This document shows, piece after piece, positions 40,330 through 54,236 of a stretch of DNA of 64,000 nt. The notes beneath the pieces were generated by a model. That model was not told the DNA's origin, made no database searches, and saw only the letters and a list, made by a program, of their open reading frames with translations. Position numbers and translations under genes: made by a program. Position 1 is the first letter of the stretch, and every line of letters starts with the position of its first letter. Origin of the DNA: Octopus bimaculoides (Eukaryota); contig NC_068988.1 in the NCBI RefSeq assembly GCF_001194135.2, positions 25,488,920-25,552,919 of the forward strand, read 5' to 3'.

Positions 40330-43300
40330 NNNNNNNNNNNNNNNNNNNNNNNNNNNNNNNNNNNNNNNNNNNNNNNNNNNNNNNNNNNNNNNNNNNNNNN
40401 NNNNNNNNNNNNNNNNNNNNNNNNNNNNNNNNNNNNNNNNNNNNNNNNNNNNNNNNNNNNNNNNNNNNNNNNNNNNNNNNNNNNNNNNNNNNNNNNNNNN
40501 NNNNNNNNNNNNNNNNNNNNNNNNNNNNNNNNNNNNNNNNNNNNNNNNNNNNNNNNNNNNNNNNNNNNNNNNNNNNNNNNNNNNNNNNNNNNNNNNNNNN
40601 NNNNNNNNNNNNNNNNNNNNNNNNNNNNNNNNNNNNNNNNNNNNNNNNNNNNNNNNNNNNNNNNNNNNNNNNNNNNNNNNNNNCCATACCTTGCGACGAT
40701 TCAGTGTGTAATGTTAAGTTGGTGGTTAAGAACAATACAATACCATAAAAAGACATACACAGATATTCATGTAAAAAAAGTAAGAATAAACTTAAAATAA
40801 AATAAAATAAAAAATAAAAAATAAAAAAATAAAAAAATAAAATAAAAAAATTAAAAAAATAAAAAATAAAGGGAGTCATATCGGTGGGGCGGGTAATCTA
40901 GGAAGTAATAAGAGAAAGACTGGATAGTCAAGTAAGCTACATCTAAGCTATTTCGATGGGTTGGTGAAGGGTGGTGAGGAACAAACTAAATGTAGAAGAA
41001 GATAAAGTGATAAATAGAATAGATACAGAGATCTTAAAGGTCGTAAGGGATAGATATGTATGAGCTGTGTCTGTCTATCTCAGTGGTGGGTCGTAAATAA
41101 GAAGTGTCATGCCAGAATAGACTGGGAACATGAAACATGAAACATGAAACATTTGCATTATATTTACCATTATATCCAAATTCACATTCGATATACCCTC
41201 AGACTATACAAATGTATATGTAAATAAGTACACTGCACAGAAAAGCTTATATATACATATATGTATATATGTATATATATATNNNNNNNNNNNNNNNNNN
41301 NNNNNNNNNNNNNNNNNNNNNNNNNNNNNNNNNNNNNNNNNNNNNNNNNNNNNNNNNNNNNNNNNNNNNNNNNNNNNNNNNNNNNNNNNNNNNNNNNNNN
41401 NNNNNNNNNNNNNNNNNNNNNNNNNNNNNNNNNNNNNNNNNNNNNNNNNNNNNNNNNNNNNNNNNNNNNNNNNNNNNNNNNNNNNNNNNNNNNNNNNNNN
41501 NNNNNNNNNNNNNNNNNNNNNNNNNNNNNNNNNNNNNNNNNNNNNNNNNNNNNNNNNNNNNNNNNNNNNNNNNNNNNNNNNNNNNNNNNNNNNNNNNNNN
41601 NNNNNNNNNNNNNNNNNNNNNNNNNNNNNNNNNNNNNNNNNNNNNNNNNNNNNNNNNNNNNNNNNNNNNNNNNNNNNNNNNNNNNNNNNNNNNNNNNNNN
41701 NNNNNNNNNNNNNNNNNNNNNNNNNNNNNNNNNNNNNNNNNNNNNNNNNNNNNNNNNNNNNNNNNNNNNNNNNNNNNNNNNNNNNNNNNNNNNNNNNNNN
41801 NNNNNNNNNTATATATATATATATATATATGTTTGTATGTGTATAGACATACATATAAGCAAACATATATATATGAAAATGTGGCGTGTGTGTGAGTTGT
41901 CTGTGTGTAAACAAGATTTGACAGAGAAAAACTGGATAAAACGAACAATAACTTTAGATTTGCGCAAAAATTTGAAAGTTAAAAGACAGATACAAACCCA
42001 AAAAATTGTTTTCACAAAAGAACGCACTGTGTTATTGAAATCACTGTATGTGCGTGAAATGAGGCTTTGATCTGCAGCTTTATCTATTATATCAGTCATA
42101 TTGTAATTCCTAGTTGACAGTTCTTTTGTGTTTTGAACATGAGACATGTTTTAGTCTGATCACTTAAGAGCTTTTCTCCTGATGGATTAAATACGTTTAG
42201 GCAGTGGCCTACATTATATCTAACATGTCACAAACATATGACTTACATATCTGTTAACAGTTATTGAAGGTTGACGTTTTCTTGATCGTATTAAATCTTC
42301 AGATGGTTTGTACAGTTTGTCATATTTCATGATTCTTGTGTTACTAAAAGCTTTAGCTAAAAAGCAAAATATAAATAAAAATCTATTTAATGCTCATTGT
42401 CACGCTCTAGACCATAACAGTATCGAATGTTATTGTACAATCAACGCCTGCTACATTAGTCAGTTTCCTCTTAACACTGAACTTGCAATTCGTGTGAGTA
42501 TATAGACACTATGCCCAACGATAGTAGGTGACAGGAAAGTTTTCAGAATGGTTGGAATGAGGAAAACATTGTTCTCAAACAAATAACATCATCTGAATGC
42601 TTGTAGCTGAATAGCAGAATGGCCACTTTTAAAGGTTCTCAAGAAGTGAACTGGCGATATTAGAAAGCTTGACTAGTTCAGTCCACTACTCGAACAAGCC
42701 ATTGTAGTATATGAACTCAGTACGCAAAATGGAAAATTTGACGTTAAGGTGATAAAGAGGACAATTATGAAAATGAAGGCGAAGATGGAGAATTATATCT
42801 ACAAGAGATTTCTAAAGTTTCGCTAAATTAACATTACATGGAAACGAAATTTGTCAATGCACGAATGTTTGGCAAATACAAAACGGCCCATCATCCACAA
42901 GCTGCTAAGTACACTCTAGACATAACTACTCATTCGTATACGCATACGTACACCAAAATGCACACGCATGCTTCATAATCATCAACGAGCAATTCAACAA
43001 CAAGAGAACGCAAGCACGAAATCACACATACCCTCGTGCTCATGTATACATGCTCTAACACAATAAAGCCACGTGATTTACAGCGTCAATTGAACTTGGC
43101 AGTGTAAAAAAAATATATGCCAGAAGAAATTCTTTTTCCGACAAGGAAGTCTAATAGAGTTATATATGTGTTTCGCAAAAATATATTTTTGAAAATCCAA
43201 ACTAATTTCTGAATTACTTCTTCACAATATACAAGTGAACTGAAACAGTGCAAGACATTTTTTTTCTTTTTTTTTTGGCAACTTGACTCTTCTAATTGCA

Positions 43301-44120
43301 ACGAAATATATATATTTAGAAAAAGTGCCATTCGTTTGTAAACAAAACAATTACCATCTCCCTGTAGACAAAGATAACACATTTATTCGTGCAGCAGGAA
43401 AATTATGTTCAGTAATGCAATTGCTTTACTGAAGAGAAGTTACAGTCTACGTGGAAATGTCTTGGAATGTATAATGCCAAACACTACCTCAGTCAAATGT
43501 GCAAAATACGCATGACTCAATGTTTAAAGTCAAAAACAAAAATCAAGTGATAACTGCATTTTCTTTTAACCTTTCCATTATCAAATGGCAATATTTTGTT
43601 GCGGAAATATTTAATGATTAATAATTTACTTGATTAAAGCACAGCGGACGTTGTAATTCAATGCTTATGAGAATCGATTCTAAACAATAATTACATTACG
43701 TTATCATAAAAAAGCGTTATATAATCCTTATGAATACTATTTTTCATGGCAATTTTCAATAGGGTCAGCACTTATTTTAGAAGTCTTACAAAATTGGTAT
43801 TGAAGAAATTCAGTAAGTTATAGATATTTGAATGTTAGATTCTTCTTCAGAAAAATAGATTCAATAAACTATAGTGTAGCGTTTCTTTAAATTTCCCGGA
43901 TCAATAATTCGATCACATTACTATTCTATAAAAGACCGGATGTATGCACCTGATGAGATCGCTAATAGCAAGGAAAGGACTTTGACAAACCTAACTTAGA
44001 CTGAACAATTACTCAAGCAATCGAATAGTTGATGATGATGATCATCATGATCATCATGATGATCATCATGATCATCATGATGATCATCATGATGATGGGA
44101 ATAATATTAATAATAATGAT

Positions 44121-44253
44121 AATGCTTTCTACTATAGGCACAGGGCCAGAAATTTTCGAGAGAGTGCTAATCAATTATATCGGCCCCAGTGTTTTACAGG
44201 TACTTAATTTCTTGACCCCGAAACAAAGAAAGGCAAAGTCGACTTCGGTGAAA
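44121..44253 (-). mobile_element. SINE family B, 3' half
   Basis: tttctactataggcacagggccagaaattt...ggtacttaatttcttgaccccgaaacaaagaaaggcaaagtcgacttcgg is the reverse complement of the family B 3' half. Confidence 0.85.
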
Positions 44254-44391
44254 TAATAATAAAGGAATTGAAGCAGAACCAGTACGTGTGTTCATTTATG
44301 GCATAATGACTCTCCTAAGACACAACAAAAACTTTATCAACAGACTAGTTCACGTGAAAAATATTTTAAGTTGTATACAAAAACGAAATAT

Positions 44392-44560
44392 TGCTAGCGA
44401 AGTTAGCAAGATGCTGAAGAATCCTGATTTTTGATTTCTTAAGGTCATCCTTTCGGGCTCGCTGAAATAAGTACCTGTTACAGGATGGGATTGATGTAAT
44501 CGTCTAGCCCCCTCCCTCCAAAATTTTCAAGGCCTTCTGCCTATAATAGAAATAATTATT
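44392..44560 (+). mobile_element. SINE family B, internally deleted copy
   Basis: catcctttcgggctcgctgaaataagtacc...gatgtaatcgtctagcccctccctccaaaattttcaaggccttctgcctataataagaaataattatt. Confidence 0.8.
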
Positions 44561-45415
44561 ATCTATTTCAATCTAGCAAAAATCCAGCAAAGATTCATGA
44601 GACGAATACATTTCTGTTTTATGTATAAAGGTTTGAAATATGTGTATTTTCTTGTGCATGTATAATATATGCAATCTCCTTTTATTTTTTGTTCACTTCT
44701 ATCTGCAATTTTGATAAATCCTTAAGGGTGCAATTGGTACGCGCTTTTCTTTAATTTTTCTCCCAAGAAAAATAACATACAAATATTAAATAAAAAAGAG
44801 GATGTTCAATGTTTTAACTATACAGAAATACAGTTCCTCTCTGCATCCAAAGTTATTTCGAGGAGGTTTGCACAATTTTTCCTTCTACATTTTATATCAT
44901 TCGAGTTTTAAGATAATTCATTATTTCAAGATTGTTTTGTCTACTTCATGTAGGGTTTTAACTTCAAAATATAATTCCTTTCATCTGACACTATCTACAC
45001 AAATGGAGACTTTTGTGTCTATTTATGAGGGGTTTTTTTACGATATGACAACAATGGCAAAAAGATTAGACGCGGAATGCAATCAGAGATATTCTTTGAA
45101 CTGAAAATTCCAAGTTCATTTCAATACATTTTTCTTTTAAATGGTAGTAACGATTATGTTGTCGTCATATCCACCAAACAAAATCATATCCATTCTTGAG
45201 TTAATTGCCAGCACACAAATGCAGGAACAGAGGATGATATGAATGGAGAATTTTTTTCTTCTTTTCTTTCATAAAGGACCATTTGCCTAATCGGAATAAT
45301 TAAAGCACGATTCTTTCAAAGACAGCTGATTATCATCATCATCATATCGACATGATGAATATCATAAATCACCATATCATCATCGTTGTTAGTAGAATCG
45401 TAAAGACCCACCAAC

Positions 45416-45475
<60 letters not shown>

Positions 45476-46582
45476 GGAAGAAGAAGAGCAACAACAAAAC
45501 AATAACAACATCAGTAACAACAACAACAACAGCAGTAACAACAACAACAGCAACAATAATAACTACAACAACCACATCAACCAAAAGATTTGCAAAACAT
45601 TTCCGTAAAATATTTATTCAATGCATTTTGATTACAAATGGAGATGGGGAAAAAAATCGGAGATGAAGTTTATATCTGAAAAGAAGTCACGATGAAAGAC
45701 CATCACGGCCATTCAGGAAATGGGTGTATGTGAGTGTTTATATGTTTATATGATTGTGTGCCTACCACAGACTTTTTAATGTACGAGTGTTTTATGTGAG
45801 CGTATCCTTTAGAACTGATGTTTGAAGTTGTATGTTACGGTAATTTAAAACTATATTACTTCAATATGCATTTCGGTGACATATATGCCAACAAATCGAA
45901 CGGAAGCATACATGTATACACAGAATATTTGAGGATATTATATTTGCATTCCGATATATGAGTTATGCTGGAATGAGATGGCAAAAAACGAGAAGCGTCT
46001 GTTATTTAACCACATTATGAATAAATTTCTATATACTTCCTTATAAATAGCTATATGATACAGGAACAGAAAAAAAGCGAATGTGCGTAGATACAACGTA
46101 AGACTATGTGCGTATGTCCATGTGTTTTTTCGTGCCTGTATGTGCGCCTGTAACTGAATCCCTGAAATAGTCGTAAAGGTCTAACATGAATTTTATTCTT
46201 CGTATTTTTTTCACGTATGGTATCTCTGGATATCTTCGTATCTATGAAAGACTAACATAGAATAACTTCACGATTTCTGTTTAATTACGCTTTTATGTAC
46301 ACTTGCGAAAATGCTTTATAAATGACGCAGTAAGATGAATATCGACCTGTCCAACTTCTATTTTCGCTTTGCATCTTCACACACAAACACACACACACAC
46401 ACATGCACAACTCACTCTCACACACAAATACATACTTAATCAAACACAAACACAAACACACGCATACACACACATTAATTATCAGCAACGAGGATTTGTA
46501 CTAAAAGGCAAACATGATATCCAAGTCAAAGTGGATTTCTTGTTAGATCAACGAATAGGTATGCGATAAAAATGAATTATCT

Positions 46583-47085
46583 TCAGTCCTGATAGAGTAT
46601 CTGTTTTTCAAGTGACTTCCAGTCAGCCTTATAGAAATTTAGGCTGGATAGGGTTTGAGCGCCATCTGTGCAGAGTTTATCTTTAGTTAATTCCAGGCCA
46701 TACATTGTCAGTTCTATCATGCTATGGTTTAAGAATATTGTCGGTGATATCTTTAAGTTATGGATAATTTTCACATTGTTTGTAAAACAGAGGTCCAGGT
46801 TATTTTTGTACCTGGTTGGAGAGAGTATGATCTGCTCCATGAATAGCATTTTCAAAAGATCAAGTAGAGATTCTGCTTGATTTGGCTCTTTGTACTTCAT
46901 TCCTGGGGATATGTTCTCCTCAGGCTGTCTGATGTTGGGAAAGTTCAAGTCGCCCATCACCTTTATTGCACCGAGGCTTTTCTCGAATTTCCCATCATGG
47001 TTTGATGCATCAGGTGGGTGATATAATGTGCATCGCACTATATCAAGTTGCTTTACATGTACTATGAGTGTGTCACACACCGACT
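46583..47085 (-). mobile_element. CR1/L2-type LINE APE endonuclease fragment
   Basis: The ORF has LYHPP, VMGDLNFPNI, SPTR..NNLDLCFTNN and LNFYKADW, which are standard CR1-group endonuclease motifs. Confidence 0.85.
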
Positions 47086-47096
47086 TCAATTACAAT

Positions 47097-47207
47097 AGAA
47101 AGGTAAAGTCGACCTCGGAAGAATTTGAAATCAGAAAATAACGGTAGACGAAATACCGTTAAGCATTTCGCCCAGTGTGCTAATGTTTCTGCCAGCTCGC
47201 CGCCTTC
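47097..47207 (-). mobile_element. SINE family B, 5' half
   Basis: The reverse complement begins gaaggcggcgagctggcagaaacattagcacactgggcgaaatgcttaacggtatttcgtc. Confidence 0.9.
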
Positions 47208-48122
47208 AAGCTTGCTATAAGAATTTTCTACGAACTATATACACATACACGAGTACATGAACTAAAGATAAACACATATAAACATACATACATACATACA
47301 TACATGCATGCGTACATACATATACATACGTAATAATTATTTACGTAAATATATATACATACATGATACATGTATATATATATGTATGAATATGTGATAT
47401 ATATATANNNNNNNNNNNNNNNNNNNNNNNNNNNNNNNNNNNNNNNNNNNNNNNNNNNNNNNNNNNNNNNNNNNNNNNNNNNNNNNNNNNNNNNNNNNNN
47501 NNNNNNNNNNNNNNNNNNNNNNNNNNNNNNNNNNNNNNNNNNNNNNNNNNNNNNNNNNNNNNNNNNNNNNNNNNNNNNNNNNNNNNNNNNNNNNNNNNNN
47601 NNNNNNNNNNNNNNNNNNNNNNNNNNNNNNNNNNNNNNNNNNNNNNNNNNNNNNNNNNNNNNNNNNNNNNNNNNNNNNNNNNNNNNNNNNNNNNNNNNNN
47701 NNNNNNNNNNNNNNNNNNNNNNNNNNNNNNNNNNNNNNNNNNNNNNNNNNNNNNNNNNNNNNNNNNNNNNNNNATATATATATATATATATATGGTATTT
47801 ATATAACGATCGCATTTGTAGAAATATAAATCACGTGAAGTGTTTACATAGGTAAATAAATTGCGTATGCACACTTAGATATATGTGTGGGTGGGTGTGA
47901 GATTGTATATTCATACATTCATATGCATGTATATATATGGTAAATATATATATTTGTATGCATGTATGTATGTATGTGTGTCTGTATGTATGTGTGTAAT
48001 ATGTGTAATCATACACAGAGACACGCATACACTCGTGTACAATCGGATAATACATACGTAGAGAGGGATATATCTATCTGGAAAATACATATGGAAGTTA
48101 ATGGCTTTCTTCATGGGTGGTC

Positions 48123-48156
<34 letters not shown>

Positions 48157-50246
48157 NNNNNNNNNNNNNNNNNNNNNNNNNNNNNNNNNNNNNNNNNNNN
48201 NNNNNNNNNNNNNNNNNNNNNNNNNNNNNNNNNNNNNNNNNNNNNNNNNNNNNNNNNNNNNNNNNNNNNNNNNNNNNNNNNNNNNNNNNNNNNNNNNNNN
48301 NNNNNNNTCATTAATATTCATGCAAGTCCATGACATCGAATTGAATTTTGGAGACATGCTAATCTTAAATACATATATCTAAATATTTTATTTTAAAACT
48401 GTATATCTTTCTGGGTATGTTATTAAAATACGAAAACCAATTTCTAACAACTAGTAGAAATAAATATGTTGGAGATATTCAATAACTGTTTTATCATATA
48501 TGTTTTTAATAAAAAAACGATTCAGAATAGAATGGACACATGCCTAAAAGATTCCATAGGGTGTATTTTTAGTGCTTTCTTGATATGTCTTTAATTCTCT
48601 GAAAATTTTTGATCATTCAAGAACTTCTTGCTGAAGCGCTGCTTTCAAATGTTCAATACTTGTTTCAGTTGTTTGGTTTCTAATTTTCAAATCACTAAGT
48701 TATAATCATTAAGCATGTGCAACATGAACAGCTGTGGTTTTTGACAAATGTAAATATGTTCAGAAGTGTAGACGCTACACGTATCAATTTACATTTGTGC
48801 AAACTCACACATACATATATGCATATGTATAACACATATACAGTTCTGTAGCCAGACTCTAGAGGCCCCCTGCAAATTTTAGTTTCGTAGCCCCATCCCT
48901 TCAATCAAAATTCATAATCTACACATCTTTTATTCATAGCTATATTTTACTTTATTCTATTTGAAGTTCAATATTTCACACGTTATCCCAAAGAACATCT
49001 TTAAAAGTAGAAGTCAAATTTATTTAGGTCTATTACAAATTTCAATAAGTAAAACTTCCAGATATGAATAAAATAGCACTTCCAAAGACAAACACGGTGC
49101 AGTTTTCGCTTCGCGAAATCATCGATCGAAGCTAAGTTTGTGTTCAATTGATACGATAGACAATCCACAAAGTCTAGTACATGTTCGTGGTACAATGTAA
49201 TATTTTTTACAAGACTTTTGAAAGTACAATGCATTACCATTTTATATCTTGAAATTTTCAGTTAACATAGTTTAATTCTTTTTCAATATCTTAACCAAGG
49301 TAAATAGATGACTCATCTACGTACTTGGATCTCAACATGGGGGCCCTCAACTGTGGAGGACCCTGCGTCTGCAGGGGTTTCGGGGGCTCAGCGAAACATA
49401 TATATTTATATATATGCACATATATATTTATATATTACCCTGGAAGGACCAGAGTGTGAAATATATTTCGTGATCAATTCGGCTCCTCAGTGCTACAGAC
49501 TCATCCACCACCGAAACGACCCGCGTCGGCCGTTAGAGCTATGTATACAAATAAAGTAAAACCTATTTGTTAGTGAACAGCCGTGAAACTCCGGTAGCCA
49601 CGCATATATATTTTGTATGTCATATTTAAAATGTATACATTATTGAAGCTATTTTAAATAAAAATTCTAATCTTGATTTCCTTATGCGCCGCATACGCCC
49701 ATCATCGAAGAGCTTTATATTATTTGTAAACATACATCTACCATAATTCTTACCATTTGAAAGAAAAACGTTTTGAAATGAACTCGAATTTTCAGTTCAA
49801 AGAATATTTCTAATTGCATTCTACGTCTAATCTCTTTTGCTATTTTTGGCATATCGTAAAAAAAAAAGACATCTATGAATAAGCACAAAAGCGATATCGA
49901 TTGTCTCAGTGGTGGATGAATGTGCAGGACTGAGGCGCGAGAAAGGCCGTGAAATGTCGATATTTGTCACTTCGGGATTGACATTGTTTCTTCCAGCCTC
50001 GTGATGTGCTGTGCTTTTAAATACATTTTGTCTTTAAAGAGGCTTCTCTTGGACAAAGTACTGCAGCTTCACAACGTTTAATTACGCACATACATTGAAT
50101 ATGTAATATGACTAATGTGTGCACGATTTAAGCTGCTTGAAGTAAACATTTTATATTTATATTAATTTCGCGTTGTTTACCTTTACCACATCTACATACA
50201 CACTTTTTCTCAACCGAAGAATTTAAATGCATATATGTATATATAT

Positions 50247-50370
50247 GGGAGAATTTACGAAAAAAAAACAACAGACGAAGACAGATGGTGTAAACAACAA
50301 ATGGATGTATTAATTTGACGCTCAGAAATAGAGAAGGTCTTTGACGTTTCGAGCCTATGCTCTGTGGAAA
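50247..50370. mobile_element. Short PLE-terminal-like repeat with a partial hammerhead-like motif on the minus strand
   Basis: Homologous to 32783-32865. The minus strand reads GAGC-ATAG-GCTC-GAAAC-GTC. Confidence 0.55.
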
Positions 50371-53300
50371 ATTATGTTTATCATACATATATCCATACAT
50401 ACATAAACACACATGTACACACACATTAGGGTCAGTTTATCTATTATACATATAAATGTTTGCACGCGTTTGTATGTATCTGTGAAAACAGCCAATCTTA
50501 TTTCTTATGTCGATTGAGTTTCCTTTTAAGTTTGTCTTGTACTTAATTTGTTGTAGACTACTTGATTCTTCTTGAAATGATGGATGTAAGCAAAAGCAGT
50601 ATCTTATTTTGCTTGCCATGGGATGGCGTTTTATGTTATACTAGGGTAAATATTAGAAGAATTTCTCTAGTAAAAATATATGATTTCATGTTTGAAATGC
50701 GAAGGTTTTGTTTATATCATTAACACGTTTGAAATGATGAATACGATGTTCGATCAGATACAGTGAAGTTAAATGGTGGTTGAAATACTGCATTATTTAT
50801 TACAATAGATATGCAGATGTAACCTTGCTAAACATACTTTCGAAACAGTACAGAGAAAATTATCCTCAACAGTCTTTATTTCCACTTAACAATTTATTTT
50901 CTATAAACCTGCAAATATTTGTGGAACAAATACTGTTTTAGATTCAACTTCAGGCAATCTTCCCGAAGAACTGAATGCTTTCTAGCAAGAAACGTAAGAA
51001 CCACTTGTAGCAAGGAAAGAATGTAAAAAAAAAACAGACAGAAAATACCAGAAGCTTAAGGTAAAGTATAGGAATAAAAAGTAGCGTGATTAAAGTTAGA
51101 TATGCAAAGTTCCTCTGATACAAATATTTCATAATGGATTCAAATTCTTTCATGCAAATCATGAGGTGGTTAACTATTTCAAAAGAATATTGAAATTCTA
51201 ATTGTACATTCTGCATTGTTTCATTTTAAGGGAAAAGTGATACATTTAAAGGAAAGGGCCACTGCAGGTTTAGAAATCAATATATGATATCCCATTCTTC
51301 TACAATGTATTCACAATAGTCTACCATACTGCTAAATAAATGTTATTGCTTTAAAATAATGATAATAAGCTCCTTTCTAAATATATTAGAGTAGATGATA
51401 GCTACCATATTATTAATATGCCGTATAATATGTCTCCTGAAAACGTTTCATGGCGCATTAATCTTCATATATACTAGACTGTGAAAAACTCATAATACAT
51501 TTTTTAAATATATGTAGATTCCTTTACAAAGAATATAACCTTTCTCTTTGAGAGATTACCTGCAATACAGTTAAGCTTCCATCAATAAAATGACCAAGAG
51601 TTATTGACATTGCGAGAGAAATTTATCAGCAGCTTCAGTAAGAGAATTTCTTGATTTAGCTGCTGACACATGATAACCAAATTGAGTCATTTGAAAAATA
51701 TTACAAGATACATTGCGCGTTCCCAACAGTTGACAGACAAATCATCCACATCCTAGATCAGCAAAGACGGTAATTTCGAAGAATTTAAGCTCAGCAAACC
51801 AAGGGCATTTTTATTTCATTGTTTAATCTTGATGTGAATGCTCAGCATCTATTGTTCTGTGAAACATCCACGTAACATGTCTTCGTTGTAGACGAAACAA
51901 ATTGTGCATTAATAAAGTAATAACAATTTCGTTAGCTGCATATATACAATTCAGATTTGGGAGCGAGAAAAATTTACCCTTGAATTATATTGAAGGAGAA
52001 AGTATGTCTACTTTCAAAGACAAAAATATTCATCTGAGACTATTAGAAGATATTGATAAATTTGAAAATGTTATTGCAAAAGAGTCCACTTTTAGAAAGC
52101 CGATTTCGATTGAGAAAATGTATGCAGAAATCGGGGAATATTGATTAAATCCCAACAACGATTAAATCCTGGTTAGAACAATTTCACTTTTGCTGTTCTC
52201 GCAAAGAAAAAAGTACGATTGTTTATATTTTCGAATGTATTCAATTACATTTCTCGAAGATGGTTAAAGTTTTGTACTACATATCAAAAAAGTTATACTA
52301 GCGACGGCATAAAAACACATCTAGTCAAAATATCGAAAACAAGCTCTTTCATGAATTATAAATTAATAACTGAACAGAATGTTTCTATAGTATCATCCAC
52401 TGAGTTTTTGTTAAGATCTCAATAATACTAATTTCCATCTTTTCTCTTGGTGATGTAGCTCCGAGCTCACAATACTGTTGTGTCTTTATTTAGATCGACA
52501 GGATTCTATCGATTTTCTGCCTCAAATAGATATCTCATGAAATTTTTAATTCCAGAAAACCTGTATTATGAAATTTCGTGTTGCTATAAATGTAAATTTA
52601 CACTGCTATTTCATTTTTACAATGTATATGTTTTAGTTAAACAATGATAAAAGACATAAGCAACATTGTTTTAAAATCATAAAGAAAATACAATTGCGGC
52701 AGATTGTGTATTTCAATAAAACAGCATAATAAAAAGAAATTTTATGTTCTACATATTACAATGCGTGATGTTAAATCTAAAAAAGGTAATTAAAATAAAT
52801 GGAAACATACACATACTTCTAGTAATGAATTAAACATCACTTCTATATGTAAAATTTTACAAATCACTTTTTTAATGTTATCATTCAGGTTTTTTTTTTA
52901 TATATATAATTTATAACCTTATACCATAATTATCATTGTTGATAAAACGAAAATAATTAGAAAACTTAAATTATAAATGTTCTTATATCCATAATAACGC
53001 ACTCCTTAACCACACGAGACATGATTTGTTAATGTAATTGTTAATTGCCATTAATTACAATAAAACAATTACTGCATGGTTATAATATATTTTTATATTT
53101 CATGTGAACACCTTTCTTTTAAACACTTTAAATCTAGGAGTGGTAAACAATATTGTTTATTGGAATTTGTTAAATATGCTGTCTATTGATTAATATATTA
53201 AATGATATAATATGTCAATTGTGTGTTTCAAATTAAACTGGGTTTCGTCGTTTTAGAGATTCCTATTTACTTAATAGTCAGTTGTGAACCTCTTCATTAA

Positions 53301-54236
53301 TTAATGATTACAACCATGGGAATATTTATACATTTATCTCTACAGTTTTTAATATATAGAGAGTTATAAACAGTCTGAGACGTAATCTACATCGCCCTAA
53401 GCATAAACACTGCTATTATTCTAAATATCGTTTTACACAAAACAATTTCGAAAACGAATTTAATAATATATTCAATGTTAGAAAATCCCGAAAACAATAT
53501 AAAACAATACAGAGTTACAGCAGGAAAAGGTATTTTTTATACTTGAATTCTTTCTAGCCAATGGGCTCTATCCCTACAGCAAAATAAACAAATTATAGTA
53601 AATTTCTCTTAGAATACTGGAAGCTGTACTTTACTATAGTGAATATTATAAAAGAACACACGCACTTGACCTTTGAATTCGATGATAACTGTCTCTTTCT
53701 CCAATTATGGATCCTTTGAAGATTGTATATTCCTAAACATATTCCCTTTTCATTTGATGGCTGCACGGTATAGAAGGACGTAGTTGTATCTACAATCGCA
53801 GTATTAGCACTGTTACTGCATATGCCACACCAAGTATGTGCTCACGAGAACATTATAATGTCTATAATTGAAATTGCTGAAGATGATACCAGCGCGTTGT
53901 GCCATATCATGGTGTTGCTGTGAGCATTCCTCGGTGCAACTATCTTCACTGTGAAGTAAAAGAAAAATCCAATAGTAAAGGTGATCCCCAATGGCCGTAA
54001 TTTTAAAAATCCTCTTGTAATTATAAGAGAGTTTTTGAAATCATTTTTATGGGGAACTGCCAAACTCAGAGTGCACTTCCCAGGCTTTTAGCTTCCTACA
54101 TTCACGCATAAAGGAGCAGATCAGTTCAGTTAAGCAGAACCCTGCACTATAAGCGAAAACAATTTACGTATTTCCTAGAAAAGTTTAGACAATGAGTAAG
54201 TACCAATCACACCATATATATATATATACATTTCCC

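Noticed and set aside
43945-43990. CTGATGAG...GAAAG hammerhead-like words
   Set aside because: Stem II is only 3 bp, with no stem III or cleavage-site geometry.
1870-48382. Long ORFs containing X runs, and [12 protein letters not shown]/poly-T/L/I ORFs
   Set aside because: These are translations of N-gaps and microsatellites.
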